Source: Azolla caroliniana (lineage: Eukaryota; Plantae; Polypodiophyta). Taken from it: a stretch of 64,000 nt of DNA. The stretch spans positions 13,392,001 through 13,456,000 of the forward strand of contig JBHGNT010000007.1 in NCBI GenBank assembly GCA_043228905.1. The letters are read 5' to 3'. Below the pieces are notes generated by a model, which saw only the letters and a program-made list of their open reading frames with translations, did not search any database and had not been told where the DNA came from. Positions 1-11,897 of this stretch are shown piece by piece. Made by a program: the position numbers and the translations under genes. Numbering within the stretch: the first letter of the stretch is position 1; each line of letters opens with the position of its first letter.

Positions 1-2136
1 CTGTATGTAGACGACCGTCCATATCACTTCGGCCCAATAGATCTTAGGCATGATCTTCTCCTCCAACATTGCCTTAGCCGCTTCTACCATTGTCTAATTC
101 TGCTGGAACATGTATCTTCTTTTCAATTAGGTAGACCCATGTGTGCCAATTAACGTCGTCGATGAAAGAGACAAAGTACCAGCTCCCGCCCATGCTCACA
201 CAACTTGTTGACCCCCATACATCCGTGTGGATCAAATCGAGCAGATTCTAGCTCCGATTCTTCTCATTGGGGAATGGAAGCCTATGTTGCTTCCTAAGCA
301 AGCAAGCTTCACATACTTGGTCTTTTCGGCCGCTGAAATTCAGCAGTCCGAATACCACCCAATTCAACTGTAGTTCTTGAAGCTTCAGAAAGTTGATATG
401 GCCGATCTACTTGTGCCACAAGTCGATGTCGGATTCAACCTTCTATCCTTTTGTGAACATTGCAGTGCCAACATCATTTGTTTCAAAGACAAAAATCCTC
501 CCATTTCTAAGCCCTCATGCTATTAGCCGGCCCTCGTCTTTGATGAAGCAGCCACGGTGATTAAATTGAACCTGCATGCACTGATCGACAATCTGTCCGA
601 CAGATACCAAGTTCTTTGCAATTGTCGGGACATGCAACACATTCTGCATCACCCCTTCTGTACATCACCCACATGTTTGATGGGGTGCACAGTGTCGACA
701 ACTCCTAACTGTTCCGGTTTTGCCAAGCTTGAGAACCATTCAACATGGTTTGTCATATGATTTGACGCTCCGGAATCATGACTAGACCTCTTTCGGTTTC
801 ATGGCATGTACTCCCATTTGATTTTCCTTGTGCTTCATTATGAGTGCAAGGCCCATTTCAGCTCATCCTGAGCCTTTAATGAAGTGTGATCTGTGACACT
901 TATCTTCGTCTCCCTGGCTGGATCCGGTTCTGTCCGAATCGGTGCGCTTCTTCCAACACTCACTTTCTCATTGGCCCTTCCGGCCACAGTACCAGCAATC
1001 CATCACAGCCTTTCCTTCTCGACTTTCAGTGCTGCCTACTCATGGAGGGTCCGGAACTGTTGTTGGCACCACTTCTATGCCTTCTATCCTACTCTTGTCG
1101 GATGCCTCTATTGTATGCCGACCTGCCTCATCCACCACGACCAGGGGGCTCTTTGCCTCCATGTACAACATCTTGTTGTCGGCGCGCGTGCTCATTGACA
1201 CACCCACGTGATTTTCTTAAACGAGAAACATCGATTGTAGTGTGAAAAAGGAAGGTGTATTCTCCCTTGTGCAGACCACCGTTCGGAATGCTCTAAACTT
1301 TTGCGTCAAACCTCCAAGGCAGAATTGCACCATCTCGTCTTTTTCAACCATCACGTTGATAGACCTGAGCGAGTCGCAGATCTCCTTGATCTTGGAGGTG
1401 TAATCAACCATCAACATGTCTCTTTGTCGGACATTGTTTAGCTCTTATCACAGCTATAGCTTTCTGGTTGTTGTGCTTGCTGCAAAAATCTTCTTCACAT
1501 TTTCCCAAGCATCCTTGTGTGTTTTGGCATCCCGAATGTAGTTCAAAAGTTGTTCGCTCACACTAGATGGGAAGCAATAGAGAACTCTATTTGCCACTTG
1601 TTCCCAGGTACGGAAATCTCTGTGTGTTGAAACCGGTGCTACATTCTTGGCTCTTTCGACATAGCTCTAGTACCCATGCTCGAGCAGGTATTGGTGCATC
1701 TTGTATGAACAAGATGCATAGTTGCTTCTGTTCAGCTTCTCCGTTAGAAGCGAGCTATCCATACCTTTGTCTATGTTCCTATTGTTCGGAAGATAATGTT
1801 TCGTCTTTGTGTTGATTCGCTTTGTCAACAATAGAGGATTCTTCTAACCCTCGCGCTTTGATACCATGTAAAAATATGTGCGGAAGCTTATGTAACATAG
1901 AAAACACAGTTGATTATCCGGAAATACAACAGTTAGGAAAAACGCAAAGAATGGAGACACAGTATGAGAGAGATAGAGAGAGCAGACAACAAAACTTCTA
2001 TTTAGAATTATCAACACTCTGTACATACAAATGTTCTCAGAGAGCACTTTAAATACAAGCCCTAACAATGGGTTGACTAGTACTTGAATGCTCATTAAAT
2101 GAGCATCTGACACTAACTCCCAAAATTATTCCTACA
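1..2136 (-). mobile_element. Ty1/copia LTR retrotransposon, 5' part (5' LTR, PBS, gag, zinc knuckle, protease, integrase start), decayed; continues beyond the left edge
   Basis: LTR 1867-2136 has TGTA...TACA termini. Met-i PBS TGGTATCAAAGC lies at about 1855-1866 (-). Minus-strand remnants include gag NRSNYAS..YKMHQYL, protease DSGASNHMT (about 755-780), GAG-pre-integrase LWHK and integrase LLDLIHTDVWG. Confidence 0.85.
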
Positions 2137-2240
2137 ATGAATATCGGTCTTACTGATTCGACCTAGCCGATTGGTCTCCATCCGATCCGTTTCTTGGCTT
2201 CTTCAGCTCATCCGGCCCAAGTCGAGCTTGCTCGCTCAAC

Positions 2241-2286
2241 ATGGATGAATCCTTTGGAGGGATGTTCAAGCTAACCGGCTCCAACT
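2241..2286 (+). pseudogene. N-terminal stub of a copia gag, interrupted by a gypsy LTR
   Basis: MDESFGGMFKLTGSN matches the gag start MEDSLGGMFKLTSSNY at 29128. The similarity stops at TGTTAG (2287). Confidence 0.6.
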
Positions 2287-3369
2287 TGTTAGTCGGTCGG
2301 CTACCCAGTGTCGAAAGGTCAGAGCCGTGCAAGTGTGAAAGAATGTCGGAGTCAGAGTCAACAATGTTCGGAGTCAACAATGTGAACATGAGTCGGAAGT
2401 CGGAAGAACAAGGACAATTAAATTATGAAAAAATAGAATTAATTGTAAGTTAGTTAGAACAACTTTGATATAGTTCTTGTCGAAGAAGGCAAGTGTAATC
2501 TTGGAAGAGAGACTCTCGGATCACCTATAAAAGGGACCGAGAGAATTGTAATGTTATCATTCTATTTTGGAGTAATATAAGTTTAGTAGTTAGTGCATGT
2601 ACTGTGCCGAGGACTTTGTGTAGTTCTTGTAAAGAATCGGGTATGATTCTTGTGTAGCGGAAGAGATGTGGGTTATGTGTATGTGTCAGAGGAATTAGAG
2701 GAGAGAAGAGAGAACACAAGATAGATAGAAAAAGGAATACTCAAGAAGAAGGTGTATATTCACAAGGAGAACATGAAATATAAAAATGTAGCATTACAAG
2801 GAGTCACAACCAACTTCGGAGAGACAGATCGACAACGAACGACACTCATGAAACGCTATTCCTTACAACAAGGCTCTCGTCCAACTTCCGCCTATGCTTC
2901 AGAGTTTTGTCAGATCACGTGCGATGTCAGCAGGGATGACGAAGCTTTATGCGACCAATTTCGTCGAGGCGTCAGAAATTATGTCAAGACTCTTCTCTTA
3001 AACTTTCCGGAGCCCACATCATTGTCCCAAGTAATCCCCCAAGCCGTTCAATGTGATAATCGTCTTTTCAAGCTTCAACAAGAGTAACGGGGGACTCGAG
3101 ACTTTCCGTCTTCCTCCCACAATGCTCCACTCACAAGGCCATATATATCAGTTTCATTAAGCATGCCACGGTTGCCATCTTCTAATGATACTTAGACCCC
3201 GAAGGAGGTCGACCCCCGTACCCCAATGGAGATCGACCATGCTCGGTCCCAACCATTAACCGATGTCCAACAGCAACATCGACGTGACAATGGCCTCTGC
3301 CTCTATTGTGGTAGCCCCAGCCATGTCATCCACAACTGCCCAATGCGCGGACCTTGTCATCAATCCCAC

Positions 3370-3495
3370 CGTGCACGTCTTGCAGAGGTTTCTCAACAAC
3401 AAGAAAACGATCGTGCATGTCTTGTAGAGGTTTCTCGACAACAAGAAAACGATCGTGCGCGTCTTGCGAAGGTTTCTAAACAACAGGAAAACGAG
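3370..3495 (+). repeat. 42-bp x3 tandem repeat at the gag C-terminus
   Basis: RARLAEVSQQQEND / RACLVEVSRQQEND / RARLAKVSKQQENE. Confidence 0.85.
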
Positions 3496-3756
3496 CAAGT
3501 CTGCCTGCAGTAGGAGCCATGCTGCTGGACACTTCCCGTCGCCCTACTTCTCTGTGCTCCTACAATTCAGTCACGCCAACTGGAAGTTTTTGCAAGTCTT
3601 TGTTTTGGGTCTATTTCAATAAAATCCCATGCCTTGCTTAATTCTAGTGCATCTACTTGTTTCATCGATATTGCGTTCGTCCGAACACATAAAATCCCCA
3701 TCGTCCGAACAAAACATGTTCGCACTCACAAGTGGAAGGATCGTGCATTCCACTTG

Positions 3757-4098
3757 TAGAATTTTCTTGAAACTATCCAAATATACCCTCTCTACAAAAA
3801 TTGGATGCACTAGTATCAAATGTTCCACAACTTGATTAGAATTTGCAAATATAAAAATACATGATAGGTCTACGAGTGGAGATCATTAGAAATCATGCAA
3901 GTTTGGATGTGTTGATAAGTTAATATAGAATCTTCTTGAAACTATCCAAATATACCCTCTCTACAAAAATTGGATGCACTAGTATCAAATGTTCCACAAC
4001 TTGATTAGAATTTGCAAATATAAAAATACATGATAGGTCTACGAGTGGAGATCATTAGAAATCATGCAAGTTTGGATGTGTTGATAAGTTAATATAGG
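3757..4098. repeat. 169-bp tandem duplication in the left subterminal region
   Basis: TAGAAT(T/C)TTCTTGAAACTATCCAAATATACCC... starts at 3757 and at 3926; the copies are near identical. Confidence 0.9.
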
Positions 4099-4260
4099 CA
4101 TAATAAAGTTCAACAATGGCTCAATATGTCACTAATGTGCGACATGGGAAACACTAAGTTAAAGAATTATATTAATTTGGTAAGTTTTACAAAAATATGA
4201 GGTGTACTTGTAACCATACTAATAAAATGAGTTATAATTTATACTTTGACCCATACTTGC

Positions 4261-4540
4261 ATGTATATAATTGTGCACAATGCAAGATAGTGCACTTTAG
4301 CATAATGTGATTGGAATAACTAACTTATTAAAATATTTAATACTTGTATTTAAAGTTTGTCTAATCTATTCCTCAATTTGTTCGTATGGGATCAAACCAT
4401 ATGTATATAATTGTGGACAATGTAAGACAGTGAACTTTAGGATAATGTGGTGGAAATAACAAACCTATTAAGGCTTTCATACTTGTATTTAAAATTGATC
4501 TAATCTATTCCTTAGGTGATTCACACGGGATCAAACTCCG
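4261..4540. repeat. Diverged tandem duplication, period about 141 bp
   Basis: ATGTATATAATTGTG(C/G)ACAATG(C/T)AAGA at 4261 and 4402; both copies end in GGGATCAAAC. Confidence 0.75.
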
Positions 4541-4966
4541 AACGATAACGCTAGTGAAACTACAAGCGTATAAAAATATGCGGATAACGCTAGTGGAACC
4601 ATTATCAACACACTACACAATCTAAGTAGCAATGGAAGAGAAACATAATAGTTTTAACAATAGAAGACAAAGATCCATAATAACAAAATGGACAATCATG
4701 GCAACAATTCTATATGACCATGTTATGTTAAGGTAAACTTTGACCAAAATCAGCCTCAATTTAAACTAATTCATGTTTCTCCATAAATTTGGTAGTCAAC
4801 AATGCACGCGGTGAAACCAATGTCATAAGTCTACTAACCAAGTATATAAAAATAAAATTGAAACATATAGAAGATTATAAAGAATAGAATCCACCAAGAA
4901 AAACCCAAATTTTGTATTAATAATGTGAATTCCAAACAATACATTTCGCGTTTTTAAAAGAGTCTA

Positions 4967-7900
4967 TTATATAGCAGGCAAATCGTCAATGTCATTTTCT
5001 TCATCATCTTGTATAAAAGTCTCTTAAGCTATACGTGCATTGGCTTCCCCTGTTAGCTGAGCCAATGAAATATCTTCTATAAGCTCATTATCAAGCTCTA
5101 TTAGCTCCCCCAGTTCCCCGGCTAATGGAGGAATAGACTCTCGCAAAGCAGGTTGAAACCTTTTAGTATCAGCGAGGTTCTTTGCACTGACCTCCTCGTC
5201 CTGGTCTGGGCACTCCCACAAAGCCTTAATCCTCATGTTTATAAATATAACTTGCTCCTCGTCCTTCTCCAGTGCAACTGTGTTTCTAAAGAGCTTCAAT
5301 GCACATGCAGACGTTGTCCCCGTGAAGAAAGTAACAAGAAGAATTAGTTCTAAAACAAAAAAGATTCAATATTGGTTATCTCAAGATCGTTAACCTAGTT
5401 CGAGGAATACCTGTGCCAGAAAAGAGGTCTAATATCCAATCTCCTTCTACAGAAAACATCTTGATCAAGCGCATCATAAGTCGTCGAGGTTTTTGGTATG
5501 GGTTGACAAGTCCCTGTTTTGTCGTGGTGACATGTCGCAATTTTCGTGTCACTGCTGGATATACCAGCAGATTTGAACCTCCCACTTGATTAGAATGCTC
5601 ATTGATTCTTTGTTTCTTAATTTCATCGAAGTAGCCAACTGTAATGTATTCAATGGCATTAACAAACTAAAAGGTTGGCCCTCTATTTACATTGGTTTTT
5701 ATCCTATAACAAATATTACATCGAGTTAAGAATAGATTGAACAATCTTAAGAAAGGCAATATAGTGAACGAGACATATAAATAATCCTTACGATGCAAGG
5801 TTCTTGATGCCATGGCAACGGGATCTCAAAGCTTGAGCTACCGAGTACCCTTGGTTCATACTATGAAAGACAACTATTCTCCACAAGGATGCAGTCGTCA
5901 GCTCAGCAAAATCTTTGACCATCTTCTCCAACTGTTTAAACTTAAACGGTTCATCATCGTATTATGACCCTGCCATTCGAAATCCGTATAGAATATCCGC
6001 AATCATTAGCGTATATTCCTTCTTTGGCACTTTTTGGATCATGTCAACGACATCGCCGCAAACCACGTTGTAGTAAAGATCTCTCATAATATCCTTTTTG
6101 TGGCTAAATTTTTTGAAGGAGTCATCAACCATTTTGTACGCCTTGACTAAGCGACGATCCTTTTCTTTTCTAGCTCTCTCGAGATGTCCCAGGAAGGATG
6201 TCGGGAAATCGTGTATATCTTTAACTTCTCCTTGTTTCTTGCCACGACACAGTTTCTAATAGAAGCAATAGGACATCAAGTATTATTATACAAGCTCTAC
6301 ATATGAGGAAAGCTTAATGAAAAACCACCAAAACTAACCCAATCCTTGAATGCAATAAAATACTCGGATAACACCTTATATGAAGACGTTAGAGGATAAT
6401 CCTCAGTCACTTGTTCCCAAGTTATACATCCAAGTTGTTTCATCATAACTTCTTGGATCTTCATATACACCTTCTGATTATGCAATTAGAAAATGAGATT
6501 AGAACTTTCAATTGCACCATATTGAATTCAATATCACTATTTGAAAAACTTACTTATTGAACTCAGTGACCATTTCTCCAAGGCTTAGATCTTTCGCCAC
6601 AACCCTCGACAAAACAGACACAAGAATCTGCTCGTCCTCAATACCTTGCATCGCTCTCCACAAAGACAGCTTCATGTCGTCAGCCGCTTCTTCAATTGTG
6701 AAATCAATTTTCTTGGCTTCTTGTGACTTTAATTCTACTTGAGGGTCTACTTTACATTTCTTTTGTCGTTGACCCTTGACCTCCTTATTCTCCCACATTG
6801 AGAAGATTTGATCTTGTAGGTCCCATACTTCTCCATCTCTAAAGGCAAGTTGAAACCAAGACTCATATTTCCGAAGACAATCGGACTTAACATTATCATC
6901 TACCACAATGCCGACTTCATGCAAGCATTGACGTCGTAGGCCTGGATGTAGCTTCACACCAAACTTTTGTTTGATGTCCAAATACTCGTGGTGGAAGAAC
7001 CTTATGCGCTCAATCAATGACATTTTCTGCCTATAGTCATTATCGTTATTATGGTCCCATGCCAACAACTTTGCGTCTTCAATTGTGGGACCCACGTAAA
7101 TTTTGCACTCGGCATACTTAAAGAAGAAAGTTGTTGGATGTTTCTATCACAAGTTGCTGACGTGCCTCCGCCAAATGCGATACACCAATTACAAAGTAAT
7201 TGTATTGATCATGCTTTCTTATATCGAAATCATCAATGGTTTCACATTCTTCAGGATCCACCATAACAATAAAAGGCACAACGGTAGCATGTGGATTAAT
7301 TTTCATTTTTTTCTTGAGATTTTGAACATGCATTCGGTGTGGCTCTCTAATCTCAAGAGGTCTTCGTCATGTTTTTTCATCTATAGGGGGCCGATGGATG
7401 TGTGTTATAGGCAAATTAAACACTTGCCCTTTTTTGACCAGTTTACATTGCATTAACTCTCTCCGTATCTTATTCTGCCTAGATGACAACACACCCAATG
7501 CCAGCTCAGCTCCTGGCGTCCCCTTAGTGTCCTCATCTTTGTTTGAGCTTGATAAGTCGGAGTCCGACATTTTAGTGGTCTTCTTTTTTGGTGGTCTTGA
7601 TTGTACTCTAGATGCCCTTTTCGGGGCCTTCACTTGGGAGGGCAAGGGCTCCCTTAGAGTTACATGGCCTTGTATGTAAGGCCTCAAGGTGACAATAAGG
7701 TTTTGTGAGCTTTCTAGATCTTTTTTAAAAGCTTCTGGCCCACAAGATTCCTTTACTAGTAGATCTTCAGATAGGAACACTTTACGTACCCCCTTAGAGC
7801 ACTCTATAATTACAAGAATGTTGGCCGAATCTGAATCTTCGTAGTCAAATCTTAGAATACAGTCATACATAAATGCGGTTTCATTTTCAAGTTTATGTTT

Positions 7901-8324
7901 TTCAAGCAAAACATAAACTTAAAACAGGAACTTGATACGGCATATCGAGTTCGTGTATAAAACACATGCTTTACATAGGGGTATTGAGTTCCTGTATGAA
8001 ACAAGAAATTTTTACAGGAACTTGATACGGCGTATCGAGTTCCTATATAAAACAAGAACTTTATACAGGAACTCAATACGCCGTATCGAGTTCTTGTATA
8101 AAACACGAACATAATACAGGAACTCTGTATCGAGTTCCTGTATAAAACACGTACATGATACAGGAACTTAACACGGCATATCGAGTTCATGTTTAAAATG
8201 CAAACTATATACAGGAACTCGATACGCCGTGTCGAGTTCTTGAGTGCTAAAACATATTTACAAAAATGTCCACAGTGTCAGAGGCTTACCTAGAGTCCTG
8301 GCACTCAATTTTCTTTGAAGACAT
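4967..8324 (-). pseudogene. Six-exon gene for a ParB/Srx-like domain fused to a beta-class N4-cytosine/N6-adenine DNA methyltransferase (N6_N4_Mtase-like), about 850 aa, disrupted
   Basis: Exons 8324-8290, 7850-6554, about 6473-6339, 6255-5792, 5703-5411 and 5319-4967, with GT donors. ParB-like: FNLPITHIHRP..IREPHRMHVQNL..FIVMVD..YFVIGVSHLAEAR..IYVGPTIEDAKLLAWDHN. MTase: VVCGDVVDMIQKVPKKEYTLMIADILYG, then xIKTN..FVNAIEYI, then NPYQKPRRLMMRLIKMFSVEGDWILDLFSGTG|TTSACALKLFRNTVALEKD. In-frame stops at 7367, 5962, about 5668 and probably 5024. Frameshift near 7140. The last acceptor reads GG and the exon-3 acceptor is unclear. Confidence 0.85.
7924..8242. repeat. Array of about 7 palindromic units (period about 50 bp) in intron 1 of the MTase gene
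   Basis: Consensus TATACAGGAACTCGATACG-N-CGTATCGAGTTCCTGTATA, separated by short AAACA-rich linkers. Confidence 0.85.
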
Positions 8325-8455
8325 GGTTGATCTTGTTGATGTTTAGGTGGAGATCTCGATTTGGTGCTTCGTGCTCTGCGTGCTTTGTTTGCTCTATGTG
8401 CTCTCGCGCTTTGTTCTGCGCGTGTGCTTCGTGTGATTGAAATATGAGGTCTTCC

Positions 8456-8812
8456 TATTTATAGGGATTGACCACAGTGGTTAAAGTAACCACAATCACT
8501 TTAACTAGAGTTGCTTATGAATGCATCAATGATTAAATAGTCAAACTAACATATTGATGATTATTTTATAGTCAAACTAACATACAATGACTTTGAAGGT
8601 CATGACGAAAACAATGATAGAGGTTCATGAATGAACCAATGATTGATTACTCAAAGCAACATTTTTATGACTCTTAATTGCTTTGTATTAAAGATGTGGC
8701 CATGAATGAACCAATGATTGAAATGTCTTATATTTAAAATGGTGGGCATGAATGGACCAATGATTGAGAAGTTCTATATTAAATATGGGTGCCATTAATT
8801 AACCAATGATTT
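8456..8812. promoter_or_regulatory. Putative divergent promoter region between the MTase gene and the transposase
   Basis: TATAAATA on the - strand at 8456-8463, about 130 bp upstream of the ATG at 8324. CCAATGATT(G) recurs at about 8636, 8711, 8757 and 8803. Confidence 0.5.
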
Positions 8813-9112
8813 TAACTTTAAACCAACATATATATGTCTTGGTGATGATTGTAATTATATTATACTTGATTTAACTTTATACAGACTAGTTTAAGTAATT
8901 ATTAATATGTTGAATACAATTATTATATTAAAAATAATATATTTATGTATTGTATTAATATAATATTAAATAATATAGACATTATATTGAGGGAACTTCT
9001 GTTTAGAGAGGAGTTTATGTTTTGAGAGGAGTATATGTTTAGAGAGGAGCTTATTAGTTTTTTCTGTTAGCCTAAGCACATAACTTAAAGAGATTTGTGT
9101 GGACCTTAAGCC

Positions 9113-11897
9113 ATGAGTGAAGACTCACCATTCTCGATTGAAGCATATTGTTTGTCATTAGACTCTTCGTTTCCTACCGAAGAGTATTGTTTGTCGACAG
9201 AATCACCATTTTCTATTGAAGAATATTGTCTGTCGATAGACTCACCATATTCTATCGAAAAATATTGTCTGAGCTCATCTTCACTTACAACAAATGTGAA
9301 TAATGACACGTGTGAAGAGTTCTCTATTGAAGAATACGATATTAATAAAGATACGGAGAATGAAGGTAGTGCCAATGAAAAATCAAATATCATGGGCGAT
9401 GGTCACAACAAAGAATTTGATAGTAATAAGGTTACACCAACTTCTATGTAAGAAGAGAAATCTGGAAGCCTTATGCATATTAGAGGAATCCCACGAAGAA
9501 TTCGTCTGGCTAGATTTAACTTGGTGACATTAGATAAATAGATTGGATTTGATGTCAAAAAAATATGTTGTGCCCGTGGTTGTATGTTTATGATTGGAAA
9601 ATCAAAGTTGCGAGAATTAAGGCGATAATATTTTTTGATGATTGGTGATGAGCAAGACACTTACCTCGGGTCACAAATGCAACTAGTGTTTGATAAATGT
9701 ACGGGGACCAAACTATCATTCGAGGATTATATCTTCCATGCGCAACAGATATGTAGAGTTGCATTCAAAATTGTGTTATGTGTTAGTAACATGTGGCTAC
9801 ATAGTGTACAACAACGTCTACTTAGCGGGGATAAGATGCTCAATTGCAAAGAGGTTCCAAGTATGAAAGGTGCAACTGGAAGACATGCTATTGGTTGGAT
9901 GAAAAGTTACTTTCAATTAAATTGTGAAGTAATGCCCACTACAGGTAGGATGCACCTCTCTGATAATTACACACGTCGGGAAGTTTATGATGTCTATCGA
10001 TCTGATATGGTGGGCTCACGTAATAAGTCTATCACATATAGCCAATTCACAAGATTATGGAGAGCTCGGTTTTCAAATGTTATTATTCCACGTAAAGTAC
10101 GCATGGGGTATTGTTCCATTTGTGCAAATCTTAAAAGTTTGGCTAAAGGTGCAAAGACATCAATGAAAAAGGATATGAGTAAGAAGTTACTACAAGAGCA
10201 TCGTGATGCACAATCGTTAGAACGAAAGAAGGTGATGCATCATCGAGAGAAGTGTTTGAAGAGGCCCGAACAATACATGTGCTTAATGATAGATGGTATG
10301 AACCAGAAGAAGACGTGCTTGTCGCATATGCGGAGGCTCCCCAAAGACGTCAATGATGAGTGCCTTGTTCAAATGCACTTGGTGGGATGCTTGGCTTATA
10401 ATAGGTCAGTTGGACCTCACATCTCCATTATATACCCCAATGTTCATAATGACTCTAACCTAACACTTACAGTGATTCACCGAGTTTTGATGTCTTGGGG
10501 CCAACCATTCCCCCCTGTTCTATACATTCAATTGGACAATACTGCTAGAGAGAACAAAAATTCAACTGTGTTTGGCTATCTAAGTATGTTGGTCAACCAA
10601 GGATTGTTTAGAAAAGTGAAAGTCAATTTTCTTTTGGTTGGCCACACACATGATCATATAGATAAGATGTTTAGCACATTCTCCAGACAATTGTCTCGGC
10701 ATGATGCTTTCACATTACCTAAACTATTTGATGTCATTTGTGATGCATATACACCACCCCCAAAAGTGTTACACTTAAAGGAGGTATATGACTTTAAGAG
10801 ATATATATCAGATTGGGGTGTTGGGAATGTTAAAGTGCTCGCCCAATTAAACAATATAAGCTTCAATCACATTTTTATGATAAAGAAAAATGAAATAAGT
10901 GGTTCTACGCTTTTATATGCTAAACAATATTCATCTTCTACAACATGGGAACCTGAAGGTGGTTGCCAGTTATTACTTTGTATGCTGAGTACAATTGTCC
11001 ATGTAGCTAAACAAATGTCGATTGAGAAGAAAGGGCAGTTGCATAGTGACTTGGTATCGGAACAAAAACGGTTATGGCGCCAAGCCTTAGAAGAAAAAAG
11101 AAAGCATATTGAGGCCGCCAAGAAATATGCTGCACAACAAGACACATCATGGTGGGATGTATTTTTTAGTGATTAGAAAGGAATCGTAGACAATTGTGTA
11201 TTTTGTGATAATTGGAATTTGGAAATGCCATTCACATGGTCACTACAACATGATCATGTAAATAAAACTCCAGAGCAACCAACAAATGTGATTAATGATA
11301 GTTTGGTCCATCCACAACAAAGAGACATTTATGTGGGACCAAGGATGACCAAAGCAGCCGAAGCTAGATGACAAGGAAATTTGCAAGAGCTCGCGGCGGG
11401 GATGTTGATTGCAACGCCGGCTGATGAGAACTCACATGGCCACCAATTTTGGGTTGGTAAAATTCTAGAAGTGCTAATGCATGAAATAGAAAACACGATC
11501 AAGTCTATAAACGTCCATTGGTACAACACTAGAAGTGCAAATGCTTTTACAGGTAAGTATACATTGGAGATAATTGAATGCCCAACAACAAGGGGAGGTA
11601 GAAGACGAAGAGAAACATTCGTAACACCTCGACCCTTGATATCTCTGATATGGATATCATCATGTACAACTTCACGCTTACAAAAGCCAGACAATTAAGG
11701 AAGTCAACATATATATAATAAAAGAAAAATTACCAAGTCTACAATCTGGCTCAAGTCGAAGGCAAACAAGATTTGCTACATATAATCTAGAGTCAAACCA
11801 TTTGGTTTATGACGAAGTTAATGCACTGATTGGTACATCCGAGGATGACGAGGAGGAATCGTCATTGTATATTAGTTATAGTAATGATTCTCCGTAA
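9113..11897 (+). pseudogene. Sola1-like DDD/DDE transposase, about 900 aa, with premature stops (largest open segment 9635-11176)
   Basis: One frame runs from 9113 to about 11600 through several stops. N-terminal CC..C..R..F..EQDTYL and C..AF; CSIC..L; catalytic core MIDGMNQ / YIQLDNTARENKN / FLLVGHTHDHIDKMFS; C-terminal FWVGKI..I.VHWY domain. Confidence 0.85.
9119..9275 (+). repeat. 39-bp (13-aa) x4 tandem repeat in the transposase N-terminus
   Basis: DSPFSIEAYCLSL / DSSFPTEEYCLST / ESPFSIEEYCLSI / DSPYSIEKYCLSS. Confidence 0.85.

Noticed and set aside
7924-8242. CRISPR-like look of the palindromic repeat array
   Set aside because: Linkers are only about 12 bp and resemble each other, there are no cas genes, and the context is a eukaryotic intron.
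4967-8324. Bacterial contamination or a restriction-modification locus as the source of the methylase
   Set aside because: The gene has spliceosomal introns, sits inside TIR/TSD boundaries within a plant retroelement, and has no adjacent endonuclease.
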